From Sphingomonas sp. (lineage in GTDB: Bacteria; Pseudomonadota; Alphaproteobacteria; Sphingomonadales; Sphingomonadaceae), in the NCBI GenBank assembly GCA_031425975.1, contig JANPKL010000064.1, positions 1-54,675 on the forward strand: a stretch of DNA of 54,675 bases. The letters are read 5' to 3'. Under the pieces are notes generated by a model, which worked only from the letters and a program-made list of their open reading frames with translations, made no database searches and was not told the origin of the DNA. The translations under genes were made by a program, and so were the position numbers. Within the stretch, counting starts at the first letter, position 1, and each line of letters starts with the position of its first letter. Of the stretch, positions 34,520-45,097 are shown one piece after another.

Positions 34520-35059
34520 ATGCAGCTCATTCTCTTGCCCCACCCCACCACGCCGCCACTCATCGCCACGAGCGTCTGGGCCAGCGCCGAGCGGTCCGGT
34601 GCGTTTGGCGACACGGCGACGCTCAACCTGTGGTTCGGAATTCGAGCGCCCCTGGCTCGGTTCGCGGTGCCGCCGCCGTCCGACAGCCCAGCCCGCCGCG
34701 ACGAATTATGGCAGTCGACCTGCTTCGAATGCTTCCTCAAGGAAGACGGACAGGAGGCGTATCGGGAATGGAATTTCGCGCCGTCGGGCGACTGGGCAGC
34801 CTATGATTTCTGTGCCGAGCGCGAGGATATGAGCCTCGCCGAGGTCGCCAATCCGCCGTACATCCGCGTCGAGGACAATCTTACCTGGTGGGGGCTCGGC
34901 GCGACGCTCGCTATCCCGGCCGACGCGCACTTCACCCTGGCGCTGTCGGCGGTGCTGGAGGAGGGGGAGGGCGGCCGCCGCACCTTTTGGGCGCTGCATC
35001 ACCCCGGCCCGGCGCCCGATTTCCACCATCCCGATTGCTTCAGCGCCCGGCTTGCCTAG
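34520..35059 (+). CDS. DOMON-like domain protein
   Basis: [28 protein letters not shown] and WAL.H..PDFH family motifs. Confidence 0.75.
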   Translation: MQLILLPHPTTPPLIATSVWASAERSGAFGDTATLNLWFGIRAPLARFAVPPPSDSPARRDELWQSTCFECFLKEDGQEAYREWNFAPSGDWAAYDFCAEREDMSLAEVANPPYIRVEDNLTWWGLGATLAIPADAHFTLALSAVLEEGEGGRRTFWALHHPGPAPDFHHPDCFSARLA

Positions 35060-35069
35060 AGCGACGCTC

Positions 35070-36269
35070 ATGACTCTCTTCGGTATCGACCGCCTCCTCG
35101 CGGACCCCGTTCTGCGCAAGCCCCTCGAAGGCCGGCGCATCTGCCTCGTCGCTCACCCCGCCTCGGTCACCGCCGATCTCACCCACAGCGTCGACGCACT
35201 GATCGCCGCGGGGCTGAACGTCACCGCCGCCATGGGGCCGCAGCACGGCCTCAAGGGCGACAAGCAGGACAATCTGGTCGAGACCGCGGACGAGACCGAC
35301 CCCCGGCTCGGCATCCCGGTGTTCTCGCTTTACGGCGAAGTGCGGCGACCGTCGGGCCAGATGATGAGCAGCGCCGACGTCTTCCTGTTCGACCTGCAGG
35401 ACCTGGGCTGCCGCATCTACACCTTCGTCACCACCTTGCTCTATCTGCTCGAGGCGGCGGCGGAAGCGGGCAAGGAAGTGTGGGTGCTCGACCGCCCCAA
35501 TCCCGCCGGGCGCCCGATCGAGGGCACCTTGCTGGAACCGGGCTGGGAGAGCTTCGTCGGGGCCGGGCCGATGCCGATGCGCCACGGCCTGACGATGGGC
35601 GAGATGGGACGCTGGTTCATCGACCACTTCAAGCTCGACGTCGCCTATCGCGTGATCGCGATGGAGGGCTGGCGGCCGGACGAGGGTCCGGGCTTCGGCT
35701 GGCCGACCGAGCGCGTCTGGATCAATCCCTCGCCCAATGCTGCGACGCTCAACATGGCGCGGGCCTATGCCGGGACGGTGATGCTGGAGGGCGCGACGCT
35801 GAGCGAGGGGCGCGGCACGACCCGCGCGCTCGAACTGTTCGCCGCGCCGGGCCTCGACGCGCGGGCCATCCATGCCGAGATGCTGCGCCTTGCGCCGCAA
35901 TGGCTTGAGGGCTGTCGTTTACGCGAGATCTTCGTCGAGCCGACCTTCCACAAACACGCCGGGAAGCTTTGCTCGGGCCTATTCATCCATGCCGAGGGGT
36001 CGTGGTACGACCATGCGCGCTTCCGGCCGTGGCGCGTTCAGGCGCTGGCCTTCAAGGCGATCCGCAACCTCGCGCCCGACACCGACCTGTGGCGCGATTT
36101 CCCTTACGAATATGAGTTCGACAAGTTGGCGATCGACGTCATCAACGGCGGGCCCTCGCTGCGATTATGGGTCGACGATCGCGCGGCCGTAGCCGGCGAT
36201 CTCGACGCGCGGGCGGGGCCGGATGAACGCCGGTGGCTCGAGGAGACGCGTTCATGCCGCATCTATTGA
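35070..36269 (+). CDS. DUF1343 / exo-beta-N-acetylmuramidase NamZ family protein
   Basis: GIDRLL, PQHGL, SLYG, DLQDLGCRIYTF, LDRPNP, PSPN and SEGRGTT. Confidence 0.88.
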   Translation: MTLFGIDRLLADPVLRKPLEGRRICLVAHPASVTADLTHSVDALIAAGLNVTAAMGPQHGLKGDKQDNLVETADETDPRLGIPVFSLYGEVRRPSGQMMSSADVFLFDLQDLGCRIYTFVTTLLYLLEAAAEAGKEVWVLDRPNPAGRPIEGTLLEPGWESFVGAGPMPMRHGLTMGEMGRWFIDHFKLDVAYRVIAMEGWRPDEGPGFGWPTERVWINPSPNAATLNMARAYAGTVMLEGATLSEGRGTTRALELFAAPGLDARAIHAEMLRLAPQWLEGCRLREIFVEPTFHKHAGKLCSGLFIHAEGSWYDHARFRPWRVQALAFKAIRNLAPDTDLWRDFPYEYEFDKLAIDVINGGPSLRLWVDDRAAVAGDLDARAGPDERRWLEETRSCRIY

Positions 36270-37108
36270 AGAATGCCCTTGGCGTCGCGATGCTGCTGGC
36301 CGCGGGTTCGGCCACGGCCAATCCGGTCACCAACCGCATCTACCCCGCACCGCAAGCGCCGCTGACCCTCGAAGGCGCGCCGAAGGGCACGCGCTTCGTT
36401 TCGGTCACCACCTCGGACGGCCTGGCGCTCAAGGGGCTGCTCGCGCCCGGCCGCGCCGATCGACCCCTGCTCTTGCTGCTCCACGGCAACGGCTCCTCGG
36501 CGGCTACCGCTTTGGCCATGTTCGCGCCGCTGCAAGCCGAAGGATTTGCGATCCTGTCCGCAGAATATCGCGGCTATAGCGGCAACGCCGGCAAACCCGG
36601 CGAGGCGGGCCTGCGCGCCGATGCGCAGGCGTTCCTGGCAGCGGCACGGCAAGCGGCGGCCGGGCGGCCAGTGTGGGTGGTCGGGCATAGTCTGGGAGGC
36701 GGGGTCGGCCTGTCGCTCGCCCGGACCGAAAAACTCGACCTTCTGGTCACCATCGGAACCTTCACCCGCATCCGCGACATGGCTCCGGCGATGGCTCGCG
36801 CTCTGGTCCCCGACGATTATCGCAACTTGTCAGCGGTGCCGCTGCTCGACGAGCCTTATTATCTCGTCCACGGGCTGCGCGACCAGATCGTTCCGTGGCA
36901 GCAGGGCGAGGCGCTCCACAAGGTCGCCAAGGGGCGCATCGGCGGCTCCTTCCTGATCACCGACGGACTGCACCATCCGCGTCCCGCCGACCTGACCGCT
37001 ATCTTCGCCCAGCTCCTCGCCCGCCAGTCAGGCAATAGTCCGCCGCTTCCGGGCAATCTTCGCTTCGTGGCCTTTCCATCCGCCGCGGCAGCGAAACCCA
37101 AAAGCTAG
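36254..37108 (+). CDS. Secreted alpha/beta hydrolase
   Basis: Signal peptide, HGNG, EYRGYSG, GHSLG nucleophile elbow and HG..DQIVP. AGGAG RBS. Confidence 0.88.
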   Translation: MPHLLKNALGVAMLLAAGSATANPVTNRIYPAPQAPLTLEGAPKGTRFVSVTTSDGLALKGLLAPGRADRPLLLLLHGNGSSAATALAMFAPLQAEGFAILSAEYRGYSGNAGKPGEAGLRADAQAFLAAARQAAAGRPVWVVGHSLGGGVGLSLARTEKLDLLVTIGTFTRIRDMAPAMARALVPDDYRNLSAVPLLDEPYYLVHGLRDQIVPWQQGEALHKVAKGRIGGSFLITDGLHHPRPADLTAIFAQLLARQSGNSPPLPGNLRFVAFPSAAAAKPKS

Positions 37109-38283
37109 CGCTTCCGGCTGAGCGCCCGCATCGCATCCTCCAGCCCCTTGAGGCTGAGCGGGTACATGCGCTCGCTCATCAATTGCCTGAGGATCGAGGT
37201 CGAGGCGCTGTGGCCCCAATAGGCTTCAGGGGTCGGGTTGATCCAGGCCGCGCTGGCGTAGGTCTCGGTCAGGCGCCGGATCCACACCGCGCCGGCTTCC
37301 TCATTCATATGCTCGATCCCGCCGCCCGGATGCATGATCTCATACGGGCTCATGGCGGCGTCGCCGACGATCACGAGCTTATGATCCGGCCCGTATTTAT
37401 GAAGAATGTCGAGCGTATTGGTCCGCTCGCTGTGGCGGCGGCGGTTCTCCTTCCACACGCCCTCGTAGATGCAATTGTGGAAGTAATAATGTTCGAGATG
37501 CTTGAACTCGCTGCGGGCGGCCGAAAATAACTCCTCGACCAGGCGGACATGCCCGTCCATCGACCCGCCGATATCGAGAAGCAGCAGCAGTTTGACGGCA
37601 TTGTGCCGCTCGGGCCGCATCTTGACGTCGAGCCAGCCGCGCCGCGCGGTGCCGTCGATCGTGCCGTCGATATCGAGCTCGTCCGCCGCACCCTCGCGGG
37701 CGAAGCGGCGCAGGCGGCGCAGCGCGACCTTGATTGCGCGCGTCCCTATCTCGCGGCGGTCGTCGAGGTCCTGGAACTCGCGCTTTTCCCACACCTTGAT
37801 CGCCCGGCCATGCTTGCCCGGGCCACCGATCCGCACGCCTTCGGGATTATAGCCGCCGTGGCCGAAGGGGGAGGTGCCCCCGGTCCCGATCCACTTGTTG
37901 CCGCCCTCGTGGCGCCCCTGCTGCTCCTCGAGCCGCTGCCTGAGCGTCTCCATGATCTCGTCCCACGAGCCGAGCGATTCGATCTTCGCCATCTCCTCCG
38001 GCGTCAGATATTTCTCGGCGACCAGCCGCAACCATTGCTCGGGGATGGCCGGCGTCGCTTCACCCGCAGGGGGCTCCAATCCCTTGAACACCTCGCCGAA
38101 CACCCGGTCGAAGCGGTCGAGCTTGGTCTCGTCGTGGACGAAGACCGCGCGGGCAAGATAATAGAATTGCGTCGGGTCGCGCTCGATCACCTGGGCGTCG
38201 AGCGCCTCCAGAAGGAGCAGATGCTCCTTGAGGCTGGCGTTGATGCCGCCCTTGCGCAGCGCCTCGACGAAGGAGATGAACAT
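37105..38283 (-). CDS. VWA/CoxE-like domain protein
   Basis: GGNKWIGTGGTSPFG, LLDIGGSM, YFHNC and VGDAAMSPYE. Confidence 0.85.
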   Translation of the reverse strand: MFISFVEALRKGGINASLKEHLLLLEALDAQVIERDPTQFYYLARAVFVHDETKLDRFDRVFGEVFKGLEPPAGEATPAIPEQWLRLVAEKYLTPEEMAKIESLGSWDEIMETLRQRLEEQQGRHEGGNKWIGTGGTSPFGHGGYNPEGVRIGGPGKHGRAIKVWEKREFQDLDDRREIGTRAIKVALRRLRRFAREGAADELDIDGTIDGTARRGWLDVKMRPERHNAVKLLLLLDIGGSMDGHVRLVEELFSAARSEFKHLEHYYFHNCIYEGVWKENRRRHSERTNTLDILHKYGPDHKLVIVGDAAMSPYEIMHPGGGIEHMNEEAGAVWIRRLTETYASAAWINPTPEAYWGHSASTSILRQLMSERMYPLSLKGLEDAMRALSRKR

Positions 38284-38440
38284 AGGCAGTGCCGGTAGCA
38301 CGGCCGGGCCGACTGGCAAGCACTGCAAAACGACTGGCGCGCCTGTGCCGTTGTGGGATGATTAACGCCATTACCCTTGGCGGGAAGTTAATCGCTGGTC
38401 CATGCAGCCGGTTGTGTATTGCGCCCGAGAGATTTGACCT

Positions 38441-39927
<1,487 letters not shown>

Positions 39928-40020
39928 ACCGAGCGCGCCGCCTAGCAGCAGAATTGCAATCGCGCCACCGCCAAGCACAGGTGCTTGGCCACGGTGCCGT
40001 CAGGCGATAGAGGCGGCGGG

Positions 40021-40095
40021 GGGCCTGTAGCTCAACGGTAGAGCCAGCCGCTCATAACGGCCAGGTTGGGGGTTCGAATCCCTCCGGGCCCACCA
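40021..40095 (+). tRNA. tRNA with CAT anticodon, most likely tRNA-Ile2 (lysidine)
   Basis: GGGCCTG/CGGGCCC acceptor stem, loop CTCATAA and CCA. Lacks initiator hallmarks (C1 mismatch, three GC pairs in the anticodon stem). Confidence 0.9.
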
Positions 40096-40105
40096 TTTCC
40101 CCGAT

Positions 40106-40438
40106 TTATTGCCGATTGGCGGGAGCGGGATTGTCGCGGGTCTCTTCGCGGATTTCGCCGGCGGCGCGCTCGGCGCCATTCTCGACGCTGCGACCGGCGC
40201 TGGCGGCGGCATTGCCGAGGTCGCGCGCGCCTTCCTCAAGCGCCGGTGCGGCATTGCGCGCGGCATCCTTGACCTCGCCCGCCGCGCCTTGCAGCGCATT
40301 GCCGGCCTGGTCGACACCGGCCTCGACCTTGTTCTCGTCGATGCTGAGGGTAGTGGTGTCGTTGCCCGCGTCGCGCTCGACGTTGCAGGCGGCGAGCGCG
40401 AACAGCGCGGGCACGAGCAAAACAGATTTGTAAGTCAT
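40106..40438 (-). CDS. Small Ala-rich lipoprotein
   Basis: Lipobox LAAC, repetitive helical AGNALQGAAGEVKDAA-type segments and GAGGTG RBS. Confidence 0.8.
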   Translation of the reverse strand: MTYKSVLLVPALFALAACNVERDAGNDTTTLSIDENKVEAGVDQAGNALQGAAGEVKDAARNAAPALEEGARDLGNAAASAGRSVENGAERAAGEIREETRDNPAPANRQ

Positions 40439-40644
40439 GGGGTCACCTCGTTGGTCGTTGGAACGGAACGCTTCGGGTCGGCCGCCGGCTCCGTCCGCAC
40501 CGCGGCATCGCGCGACGCCTTTTCAGCCGCCACCATCAATCGATTGGCGGTGTCGGCGGTCTGCTCGGGCAAGGGCGGAATTTCGGCGTCGGGCGCGGCC
40601 GAGCAGGCGCCGAGCAGCAGGACCAGCAGGATCAGCCGCTTCAC
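40435..40644 (-). CDS. Small lipoprotein (69 aa)
   Basis: MKRLILLVLLLGAC lipobox. GTG start overlaps the peptidase stop, and its own stop overlaps the next ATG. Confidence 0.72.
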   Translation of the reverse strand: MKRLILLVLLLGACSAAPDAEIPPLPEQTADTANRLMVAAEKASRDAAVRTEPAADPKRSVPTTNEVTP

Positions 40645-42029
40645 CGCCTTGCCTTCCGGCGCGGAGCGGGCCGCGGCGTAATGGGCCCCGCGAGCACCGC
40701 CAGCGTCGCCGTCCAGGCCGCGACATTCTGCTGCACCTGAACCTTGTCGACCACCGCAAGCGTGTCGTCGGGCGTATGATGAATATCGAAATAGCGCGTG
40801 CCGTCCTGCAGCAAGGCGACGCCGGGCTGGCCGTCGGCAAGCATCGGGCCGATGTCGGGGCCGCCGCTCTTGTCGAGTGCGCCGGGGACGATCCCGAGCG
40901 GCTGTAGCGCCCGTTGCAGCCGCTCGGCCTCGGCCTTGCGCGCCGGACCGAGCTTGCTGTCGACCTTCCACACGCGGTCGCCGCCGAAATCGCTCTCGAG
41001 CAAGGCGTGATGCGGCTCCCTGCCGTGGCGGGTGCGATAGTCGAGGCCGCCGAACAGCCCGACCTCCTCGGCGCCGAACCAGACGACCCGGATCGGCCGC
41101 GCGGGCACCCCCGCGTCCATGATCCGCTTGGCAGCTGCCGCGACGATTCCGCAGCCGACCGCATCGTCGAGCGCGCCGGTGCCTTGGTCCCAGCTATCGA
41201 GGTGGCACGACACGAGCACCGGCGCGGCGGCGGGGTCGCGGCCCGGCACTTCGGCGATGACATTGCCCGATGGCTGGTCGGTCTTGCGGCTCGACTCAAG
41301 TGTCAGGCGCACCGACGGCAACCGCCCCGACAGCCGGGCGAAAACACGCTCCAACTGGTCGGCATCGGGATTGGACAAGGCGCCGGCGGGAATGGGTGTC
41401 GCATTGTCGGAGAAGCTCATCACCCCGGTATGCGGGTTGCGGCGATCGCGGTCGGTTCCGATCGAGCGCACCAAAATGGCGATCGCGCCTTTCTGGCTGG
41501 CAAGCGTCGGCCCGGCCCGGCGGGGGTTGCCGAACACGCCATAGCCGCTGCCGTCCTGCGTCCGCGGCATGGCATTGCCGATATAGACGATGCGGCCACG
41601 CACTGCGTCGTCGGGCGAAGCGCGCAATGCCTCGACGTCGGGAAAGGAAATAACGTCGCCGGTGAGCCCACCGGGCGGGGTCGAGGCGCTGTTGCCCAGC
41701 GCTGCGATGACAAAATGCTGAGGAAAGGGGCCGAGCAATTCGGCGCGCTCGGTGCCGCGCTCCCATACCGGCATGCGGAATTCTTCCACCCGCACATTGA
41801 CGAAGCCCAGCGCGGTCAGGCGCCGCACCGACCAGTCCCGCGCGCGGGCCTCGGCTTCGGTTCCTGCCAAACGCTGGCCAACCTCGGTGGTAAGATCCTC
41901 GGTGATCTGGAAGGCGAGCGTGTCGGACAGGGCCGCGTCGCGCAGCGCTGCGACCTGGTCGTCCAGCGGCTGCGCGAGCGCGGGAAGGGCGGAAGCAGCG
42001 GCGAGGAGTGCGGCAGTCAAAATACGCAT
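40641..42029 (-). CDS. M28-family secreted metallopeptidase (carboxypeptidase Q-like)
   Basis: Signal peptide, HLDSWD.GTGALDD, GAEEVG, ESD and YFDIHHT. Confidence 0.9.
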   Translation of the reverse strand: MRILTAALLAAASALPALAQPLDDQVAALRDAALSDTLAFQITEDLTTEVGQRLAGTEAEARARDWSVRRLTALGFVNVRVEEFRMPVWERGTERAELLGPFPQHFVIAALGNSASTPPGGLTGDVISFPDVEALRASPDDAVRGRIVYIGNAMPRTQDGSGYGVFGNPRRAGPTLASQKGAIAILVRSIGTDRDRRNPHTGVMSFSDNATPIPAGALSNPDADQLERVFARLSGRLPSVRLTLESSRKTDQPSGNVIAEVPGRDPAAAPVLVSCHLDSWDQGTGALDDAVGCGIVAAAAKRIMDAGVPARPIRVVWFGAEEVGLFGGLDYRTRHGREPHHALLESDFGGDRVWKVDSKLGPARKAEAERLQRALQPLGIVPGALDKSGGPDIGPMLADGQPGVALLQDGTRYFDIHHTPDDTLAVVDKVQVQQNVAAWTATLAVLAGPITPRPAPRRKARR

Positions 42030-42073
42030 CCCGGCATGTTTAGGGCTGCAGGCCTGCGGGGCAAGCGCCCTTG

Positions 42074-43144
42074 TCACAACAGCCGCATCTGCCGACCCTC
42101 GGGCGGGCGAAACAGGTCGCGGCGCAGGACTAGCCGGTCGGTGCCGAGCCCGGACTTGCGGCAGGCGGCGGCGAAGCGGGTGCGCAGCAACTCCGCCCAC
42201 GGCCCAACACCCTGCATCCGGGTGAAGAAATCGGGATCATTGTCGCGTCCGCCGCGCATCGATCGGATGGTCGCCATCACTTTCCCCGCGCGGTCGGGAT
42301 AATGTTCGTCGAGCCAGGCCCGGAACAGTGGCGCGACCTCGTGCGGCAGGCGAACCGGAAGGTAGAAGCCTGCGCGCGCTCCCGCCTCAGCCCCCGCGGC
42401 AACGATCGCCTCCAGCTCATGGTCGGTGATCATCGGGATCACCGGCGCCACCGCAAGCAGGGTCGGCACCCCGGCCGCGTTCAACCGGCGGATCGCGGCG
42501 ATGCGCTTGGCTCCCGAAGGCGCGCGCGGCTCCAAAGTTCGGCTGATCGCCGGGTCGAGCGCGGTGACCGAAAGCGCCACCGCCGCCAGCCCCTTGTGCG
42601 CGGCGGGTGCGATCAGGTCGAGATCGCGCAGCACCCGGTCGGACTTGGTGGTGATGGTGAACGGGTGCCCGGTCTCGGTCAGCAGTTCGATGATCGCCCG
42701 GGTGATCCGCCACTTGCCCTCGATCGGCTGATAGGGATCGGTATTGGTCCCGAGCGCGATCGGCGCCACCTCATAGCCAGGGCGTGACAGCGCGGCGTGG
42801 AGCAATTTGGCGGCGTCGGGCTTGGCGAACAGCCGGCTCTCGAAATCGGCGCCGGGCGAGAGATCGTGATAGGCGTGGGTCGGCCGCGCGAAGCAGTAGA
42901 TGCAGCCGTGCTCGCACCCGCGATAGGGATTGACCGAGCGATCGAAGCCGATGTCGGGCGAGCGATTGCGCGTCAGGATCGATTTGGGCCGCTCGACCGC
43001 CACCGTCGTTCGCCGCGCCTGGATTCCGTCAAGACCCTCCACTTCGTCCAGCCAGTCGCCCTCGACCAGTCGCTCGGGCAAGGCAAAGCGGGTCGGCACC
43101 GCATTGCCAGTGGCCCCGCGGCCTGCGAGCGACTCGACCTTCAT
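42074..43144 (-). CDS. PA0069-family radical SAM protein (SplB-like, DNA-repair associated)
   Basis: NPYRGCEHGCIYCFARPTH, GTNTDPYQP and LEPRA. Confidence 0.92.
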   Translation of the reverse strand: MKVESLAGRGATGNAVPTRFALPERLVEGDWLDEVEGLDGIQARRTTVAVERPKSILTRNRSPDIGFDRSVNPYRGCEHGCIYCFARPTHAYHDLSPGADFESRLFAKPDAAKLLHAALSRPGYEVAPIALGTNTDPYQPIEGKWRITRAIIELLTETGHPFTITTKSDRVLRDLDLIAPAAHKGLAAVALSVTALDPAISRTLEPRAPSGAKRIAAIRRLNAAGVPTLLAVAPVIPMITDHELEAIVAAGAEAGARAGFYLPVRLPHEVAPLFRAWLDEHYPDRAGKVMATIRSMRGGRDNDPDFFTRMQGVGPWAELLRTRFAAACRKSGLGTDRLVLRRDLFRPPEGRQMRLL

Positions 43145-43168
43145 CGGAAGAACTTAATCCACCCATAG

Positions 43169-43183
43169 GAACATAACAAGAAC
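43169..43183. promoter_or_regulatory. Alphaproteobacterial LexA (SOS) box
   Basis: Exact GAAC-N7-GAAC (GTTC-N7-GTTC on minus), 25 nt upstream of the radical SAM start and inside a putative promoter spacer. Confidence 0.85.
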
Positions 43184-43243
43184 GACTTGAACTCGTCATG
43201 GAAGTGATTCGATGACGTCACAAGCACTTGCTATTCCCACGAC

Positions 43244-43396
43244 ATGGACCGCTATCCCGTCCTGCCCAAGGAAGGCCCTCCCGTCGCCCGGCTCAGCCTG
43301 GCCGAGGAGCAGCAGCTCGCATTCGAGGATGATCGCAAGCGCATCCGCAAGCCGATCCTGTCGCTTCGGTGGACCGGCAACATCTTCCGCAATTAG
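43244..43396 (+). CDS. Hypothetical 50-aa protein, not in ORF track
   Basis: MDRYPVLPKEGPPVARLSLAEEQQLAFEDDRKRIRKPILSLRWTGNIFRN. Mostly G/C third positions; fills the intergenic gap; -10-like GCTATTC 12 nt upstream. Confidence 0.62.
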   Translation: MDRYPVLPKEGPPVARLSLAEEQQLAFEDDRKRIRKPILSLRWTGNIFRN

Positions 43397-43403
43397 TTTG
43401 CGT

Positions 43404-45095
43404 TCAGCGCGGCCCCGGAAAACCCGGCCAGCGATGCTGCGCCAGCTCGCTCAGCGTCGGTGTCGGGGCATTGTCGAACCCCTGATAGACCCACAGGTTG
43501 CGCAGCACCGCGGGTACATAGAAGCGCGTCTCCCAATAAGGCATGCTCTCGATCCACAGCAGGGGATCGCCGCGCCCGCCATCGGTCCAGCGCCCGACCG
43601 GAAGCGGCCCGGCATTGTAGCTGGCAATGATCTTGGGCAGCTGGCCGCCGGTGGCGCTGTGGGTCCGCATCCAGCGGATCCATTCCTGCCCGAACGCCAT
43701 GTTGACCGCCGGATCCTTGAGGTTGCCAGTCGGCAGGCCCCGATTGCGAGCGATCAGGTCGCGGGTCGAAGGCAGCACCTGCATCAGCCCGACCGCCCCC
43801 GCCTGGCTCACCGCCTCGGTCCGGAAACTGCTTTCCTGCAGTGCATGGGCGAGGCCCAGTGCCGGGTCGATCTGCCAGCCGTTGACCGGGCGCCAGCTCG
43901 GCCGGGGATAGCGCGCCGCCGGCATCACCCGTGCTCCAGGCTGGCCGAAATGACCGAGGAAATGCTGGGTCGCGGGAAGCTCGAGCTGTTTCGCGATGGC
44001 GACCAGGCCGGGCTGGTCGGCGGGCGGGCCGATTCGCGCCTGGTGGCGCAGCAGATTGCCGGCCGAATCGCGCTCGCCGATCGCCACCAAAGCGCGGGCG
44101 CGGGCGATATTGGGCAGCGCCGACAGCCGGTCGGCGGCGCGCGTATCGAGCGGTGCGAGCTTGGTCTCCATCCCCAGCGCGCGGCGGGCGAGCAGGCCGT
44201 AGAAGGTCTCTTGGTCGCGCGCGGCGGCCCGCAGCAACGGCTGGACCGTGACCGGGCGGCGACAGGCCATTTCCGCGCGCGCCGACCAATAGAAACCGGC
44301 CGCGGCGAGGCTTGATTCGGACGAACGCTGCCCGACCTCGCGAAAGGCACGCGCGGCGGCATTGCAGTCGTTCAGCCGCCAGCTGGCGAGGCCAGCGACC
44401 CATTCGGCCTGCATCGCCCAAGGGCCCGTCGCGCCCTGACGCCAGAAATCGGCGACGCGCCGCGCCTCGGCGTCCTGGCCGAGTACGTAAAAAATCCAGG
44501 CGACCCGCTGGCCTAGCTCCGCGCGGGCTTCGAGGGTCAGCAGTGGACCACGCTGGCTGAGCAGGGCTTCGGCGCCGACGGCGTCGTCGGCCTTGACGAA
44601 GGGATCGAGCTCGGCACGGAGCAGATCGGCTTGTGGATCACCAGTCACGGCGGCGGCACGGCCGCGACGCGGGGTCGAGCCGATCGGGATCAGGGCGGCG
44701 CGGCGCGGCACGGGCGGCGCGGACATGGCGCCGCGCGCGATCGCCAGCCGCTGCAACTGCTCGGCCTGCGGCAGTTCGGGTGCGTCGGCAAGCAAATCCG
44801 CAACCGCATCGGCGGAGACGGCGGGCGATCCCCGGGCGGTGAAAAGCTCGGCCTTGGCGAGCGCGCTTAGCGGCGAGGGGGGCAAAGCGGCGATACCGGC
44901 CTGCGCCGAGGCCCATTGCGCACCGCGAATGGCCGCGAACACTCCCGGCCAGTCGCGCGGCACCGCCACGGGAACGGGGGCGGACGGAAGCGCCTCGACC
45001 GGCTCGCGCGGCTCCTCCAGTGGGGCGAGCGGGTCATCGGGCGGGGTTGCGGGTTGCGTGGCGGTCAGAGCGGCGGCGAGCAAGAACGAGAGCAT
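43404..45095 (-). CDS. Soluble lytic transglycosylase (SLT domain)
   Basis: Signal peptide, QESSF, GLMQV, SYNAG and ETRFYV motifs. Confidence 0.92.
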   Translation of the reverse strand: MLSFLLAAALTATQPATPPDDPLAPLEEPREPVEALPSAPVPVAVPRDWPGVFAAIRGAQWASAQAGIAALPPSPLSALAKAELFTARGSPAVSADAVADLLADAPELPQAEQLQRLAIARGAMSAPPVPRRAALIPIGSTPRRGRAAAVTGDPQADLLRAELDPFVKADDAVGAEALLSQRGPLLTLEARAELGQRVAWIFYVLGQDAEARRVADFWRQGATGPWAMQAEWVAGLASWRLNDCNAAARAFREVGQRSSESSLAAAGFYWSARAEMACRRPVTVQPLLRAAARDQETFYGLLARRALGMETKLAPLDTRAADRLSALPNIARARALVAIGERDSAGNLLRHQARIGPPADQPGLVAIAKQLELPATQHFLGHFGQPGARVMPAARYPRPSWRPVNGWQIDPALGLAHALQESSFRTEAVSQAGAVGLMQVLPSTRDLIARNRGLPTGNLKDPAVNMAFGQEWIRWMRTHSATGGQLPKIIASYNAGPLPVGRWTDGGRGDPLLWIESMPYWETRFYVPAVLRNLWVYQGFDNAPTPTLSELAQHRWPGFPGPR

Positions 45096-45097
45096 CG

